Assembly: GCF_001194135.2 (NCBI RefSeq)
Contig: NC_068988.1
Location: 50,390,022-50,454,021 of the forward strand
Direction of reading: 5' to 3'
Origin: Octopus bimaculoides
Taxonomy: Eukaryota
Length of the DNA stretch: 64,000 nt
A program made the translations under genes and the position numbers. How positions within the stretch are numbered: the stretch's first letter is position 1; every line of letters begins with the position of its first letter. The notes below the pieces were generated by a model that was given only the letters and a program-made list of their open reading frames with translations, was not told the origin of the DNA and searched no databases. Below are positions 61,551-64,000 of the stretch, in pieces.

Positions 61551-62479
61551 GCAGATCTATATGTTTTATGTATGTATTCTCATGCACACAGTTGCACATC
61601 TAGACATACTCATATATATTTAAATGATAAACTTTTGGAAAGTTTTACAGATTTTTACAGTTTCAGTGATGGACTGGATCTGTAGTCTTCAAATTAGCTG
61701 TCTCCTTTCTGGTTTTGAGAAGCCTAATTTCTCAAGATTGGTACTTAGTTGGTGTGTTACATATCCCAGGGCCCCAATAATTACAGGTATAAACCTGAAT
61801 TTGTAATCTGGATAGGGTAACTGCAGATTTCTCAATAGTTCAGCATAGGTGTTTTCTTTTTCACTGATCTTCAGCTTTATCTTAACATTCGCTGGGCAGC
61901 TAATTTCCACAACTGTGCACAGTTTCTCTTTTCTATCCCAAATCATTATTTCAGGTCTGTTGTGCTTACATTTTACTGAGGTCTTCACTGGTACATTCCA
62001 CCAGTATTCCTTTTTATTATGAGTGGCTATGGCATCTACTATATTGTGGGCTTTTATTTCTTTGTCCTCGGGATTATCCTTCCAACGGATTTCATGATAG
62101 AGTGTCCTAGCTACAACATCATGTCTCATTGGTAGATAATACTGTGATGACATTTTTGGACAACTGCTTATGATGTGTGTGATATCTTCAGTGTGAACTC
62201 AACAAAGTCTGCATCAGTTGTCACATTTTACAGCTTTTCCTGTATCTCTATCCCTTTTGTGCATCAGATACTTGGTTGATAATTCCTGTTCCTGGATTGA
62301 AAACTCATACTCTTCCAAGTGGGAAGTAGTAATCCGGCTATTGGTCCATGATAAACTGCTTTGACGATCAATGTTACTATCATCATGTAGCTTTCGACTA
62401 ACATATCCATGTATAGTCTTCTGCTCATATAGGCTCATCCTTTCATCTGATGATATGTTGCAGTAGAATCGTGCAACTT
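61551..62479 (-). mobile_element. 5'-truncated R4/Dong-like non-LTR retrotransposon (CCHC knuckle plus restriction-like endonuclease)
   Basis: CRLCx8HIISSC, RHDVVA, HNRPEIMIWDRKEKLCTVVEISCP, EKENTY, IPVIIGALG; native stop at 61620-61622; three internal TGA stops; flanked on both sides by (TATG)n. Confidence 0.85.
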
Positions 62480-63289
62480 TATGTATGTATGTATGTATGT
62501 ATGTATGTATGTATGTATGTATGTATGTATGTATGTGTGTGTGTGTGTTTCCTTTTACTTTATTAATTTAGAGTAAATTTTGACCAGCCACCTACTTGGT
62601 AGCAAGGTTGTGTGAGAATGCATCAGGTTTTGTTCATCTCCCTTTAAAGGTCTTGCAGATTTTTTGTCATCCCAGATAATGTGTAGCATATGAATTAAGG
62701 AGTTGTATTCTCTCTCAAAGGCCCTAAGTTCAACCATATTTTGCAGGTTGTGTGTGTGTGTGTGCGCACGCACATGCACGTGTGTGCATGCATGTATGCA
62801 TGCATACACATATATGTATAACCCCTATGAAAACCATAGTTTTATACATCATATCTCTCTGATACTTACCAACTATTTATGATTCAGCTTCTGTACTAAA
62901 ATTCTTTCTGAGATTCCAAACAATATTTAAACATTTGAAACATTTTGTTACATTTCTGCAATTCTGAATTTTTTAACTATAGATCTCTACAAATATTTAT
63001 AAGCATAAAATTTTCCTAAGGACTCTGTCTTTAATACTTCTGAACTGCTTCAATTTACCTTTTATGCCAATGCTAAGATGTCATATATACAGACAGGGTG
63101 TTTGTTATCAAACAATTATTTATTTCAAAAGAGAAAGCCTCTTCAGTCCTTTATGCATCCTTGAGCTACAAAATAACAACAGTCTTTTTCCTTGTTTCCC
63201 CCAATAACCTGAGGAGAGTTCCAGAAAGTTACTACTGTGAGTAATATGATGCAAAATTATACTGATGTTATAGGTACAGGGAAGCTGCG

Positions 63290-63915
63290 AGCTGAGAGAA
63301 TTTTAAGCATGCCAGGCAAAATGCTTAGCAGCGTTTCATCCATCTTTTTATTCTGAGTTCAAATTCCACCAAAGTCAACTTTGTCTTTAAAGGTGACAAG
63401 CTGGCAGAAATGTTAGCATCGCAGGACAAAATGCTTGGTGACATTTTGCCTGTTTTTACACTCTGAGTTCAAATTCCACCAGAGTGATCTGACGGAAATG
63501 CTAGCATGGCAGAGCAAAACGCTAAGTGGCATTTCATCTGTCTTTACATTCTGAGTTCAAATTCTGCCAAGGTTTACTTTGCCTTTCATCTTTTCAGGGT
63601 TGATAAAATAAGTACCAGTTGAGCACTGGGGTCGATGTGATTGACTTAAACTCTGCTCTGAAATTGCTGGCCTTGTGCCAAAATTTGAAATTAATATTAT
63701 ACTTTTCTACTCTAGGCACAAGGCCAGAAATTTTGGGGGAGGGGGCCAGTCGATTAGATCGACCCAGTACACAACTGGTACTTAATTTGTCAACCCTGAA
63801 ATGATGAAAGGCAAAGTCAACCTCGGCAGAATTTGAACTCAGAACATAAAGACAGATGAAATACTGCTAAGCATTTCGCCCGGCATGCTAACATTTCTGC
63901 TAGCTCGTCACCTTG
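63290..63915. mobile_element. Cluster of the ~200-bp interspersed repeat: tandem minus-strand partial copies, then a head-to-head inverted pair
   Basis: 63490-63690 (-) and 63712-63915 (+) are reverse complements; truncated tandem copies at 63290-63490. Confidence 0.8.
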
Positions 63916-64000
63916 AAATCAATATTATACATGCAGGAATGGCAGTGTAGTTAAGGAGCTCGCTTTGCAACCATATGGTTTTGGGCTCAGTCCCACTATG

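Overview
AT-rich, microsatellite- and SINE-dense animal genomic DNA. The repeat content resembles octopus/coleoid cephalopod DNA (inference, not a database result). The only host gene I can support is the 3' part of a latrophilin/Cirl-type adhesion GPCR (ADGRL) on the + strand. Nine constitutive coding exons (6517-6619, 13150-13300, 15269-15335, 15917-15983, 16486-16580, 35124-35292, 36085-36210, 37357-37426, 37841-38706) join in one open frame with GT-AG boundaries. They give about 570 aa covering TM2-TM7, helix 8 and a long cytoplasmic tail ending ...PSFSEC*. The extracellular domain, GPS and TM1 exons were not found and presumably lie upstream. The most interesting signal is in the 18.5-kb phase-2 intron that interrupts intracellular loop 3 (ICL3). 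It holds a strong 75-nt frame-preserving cassette exon (25827-25901), a candidate 33-nt microexon (26851-26883), both followed by TGCATG motifs, and a duplicated 92-bp unit that could supply a 36-nt microexon or truncating terminal exons (29694, 31586). Together these suggest combinatorial ICL3 splicing. The rest is intron and intergenic DNA: tRNA-derived SINEs (one young, with an 11-bp TSD), decayed RTE and CR1/Jockey LINE pieces, MITEs, a Penelope-like terminus with a hammerhead-like motif, an R4/Dong-like RLE retroelement inserted in a (TATG)n microsatellite, and four N gaps.
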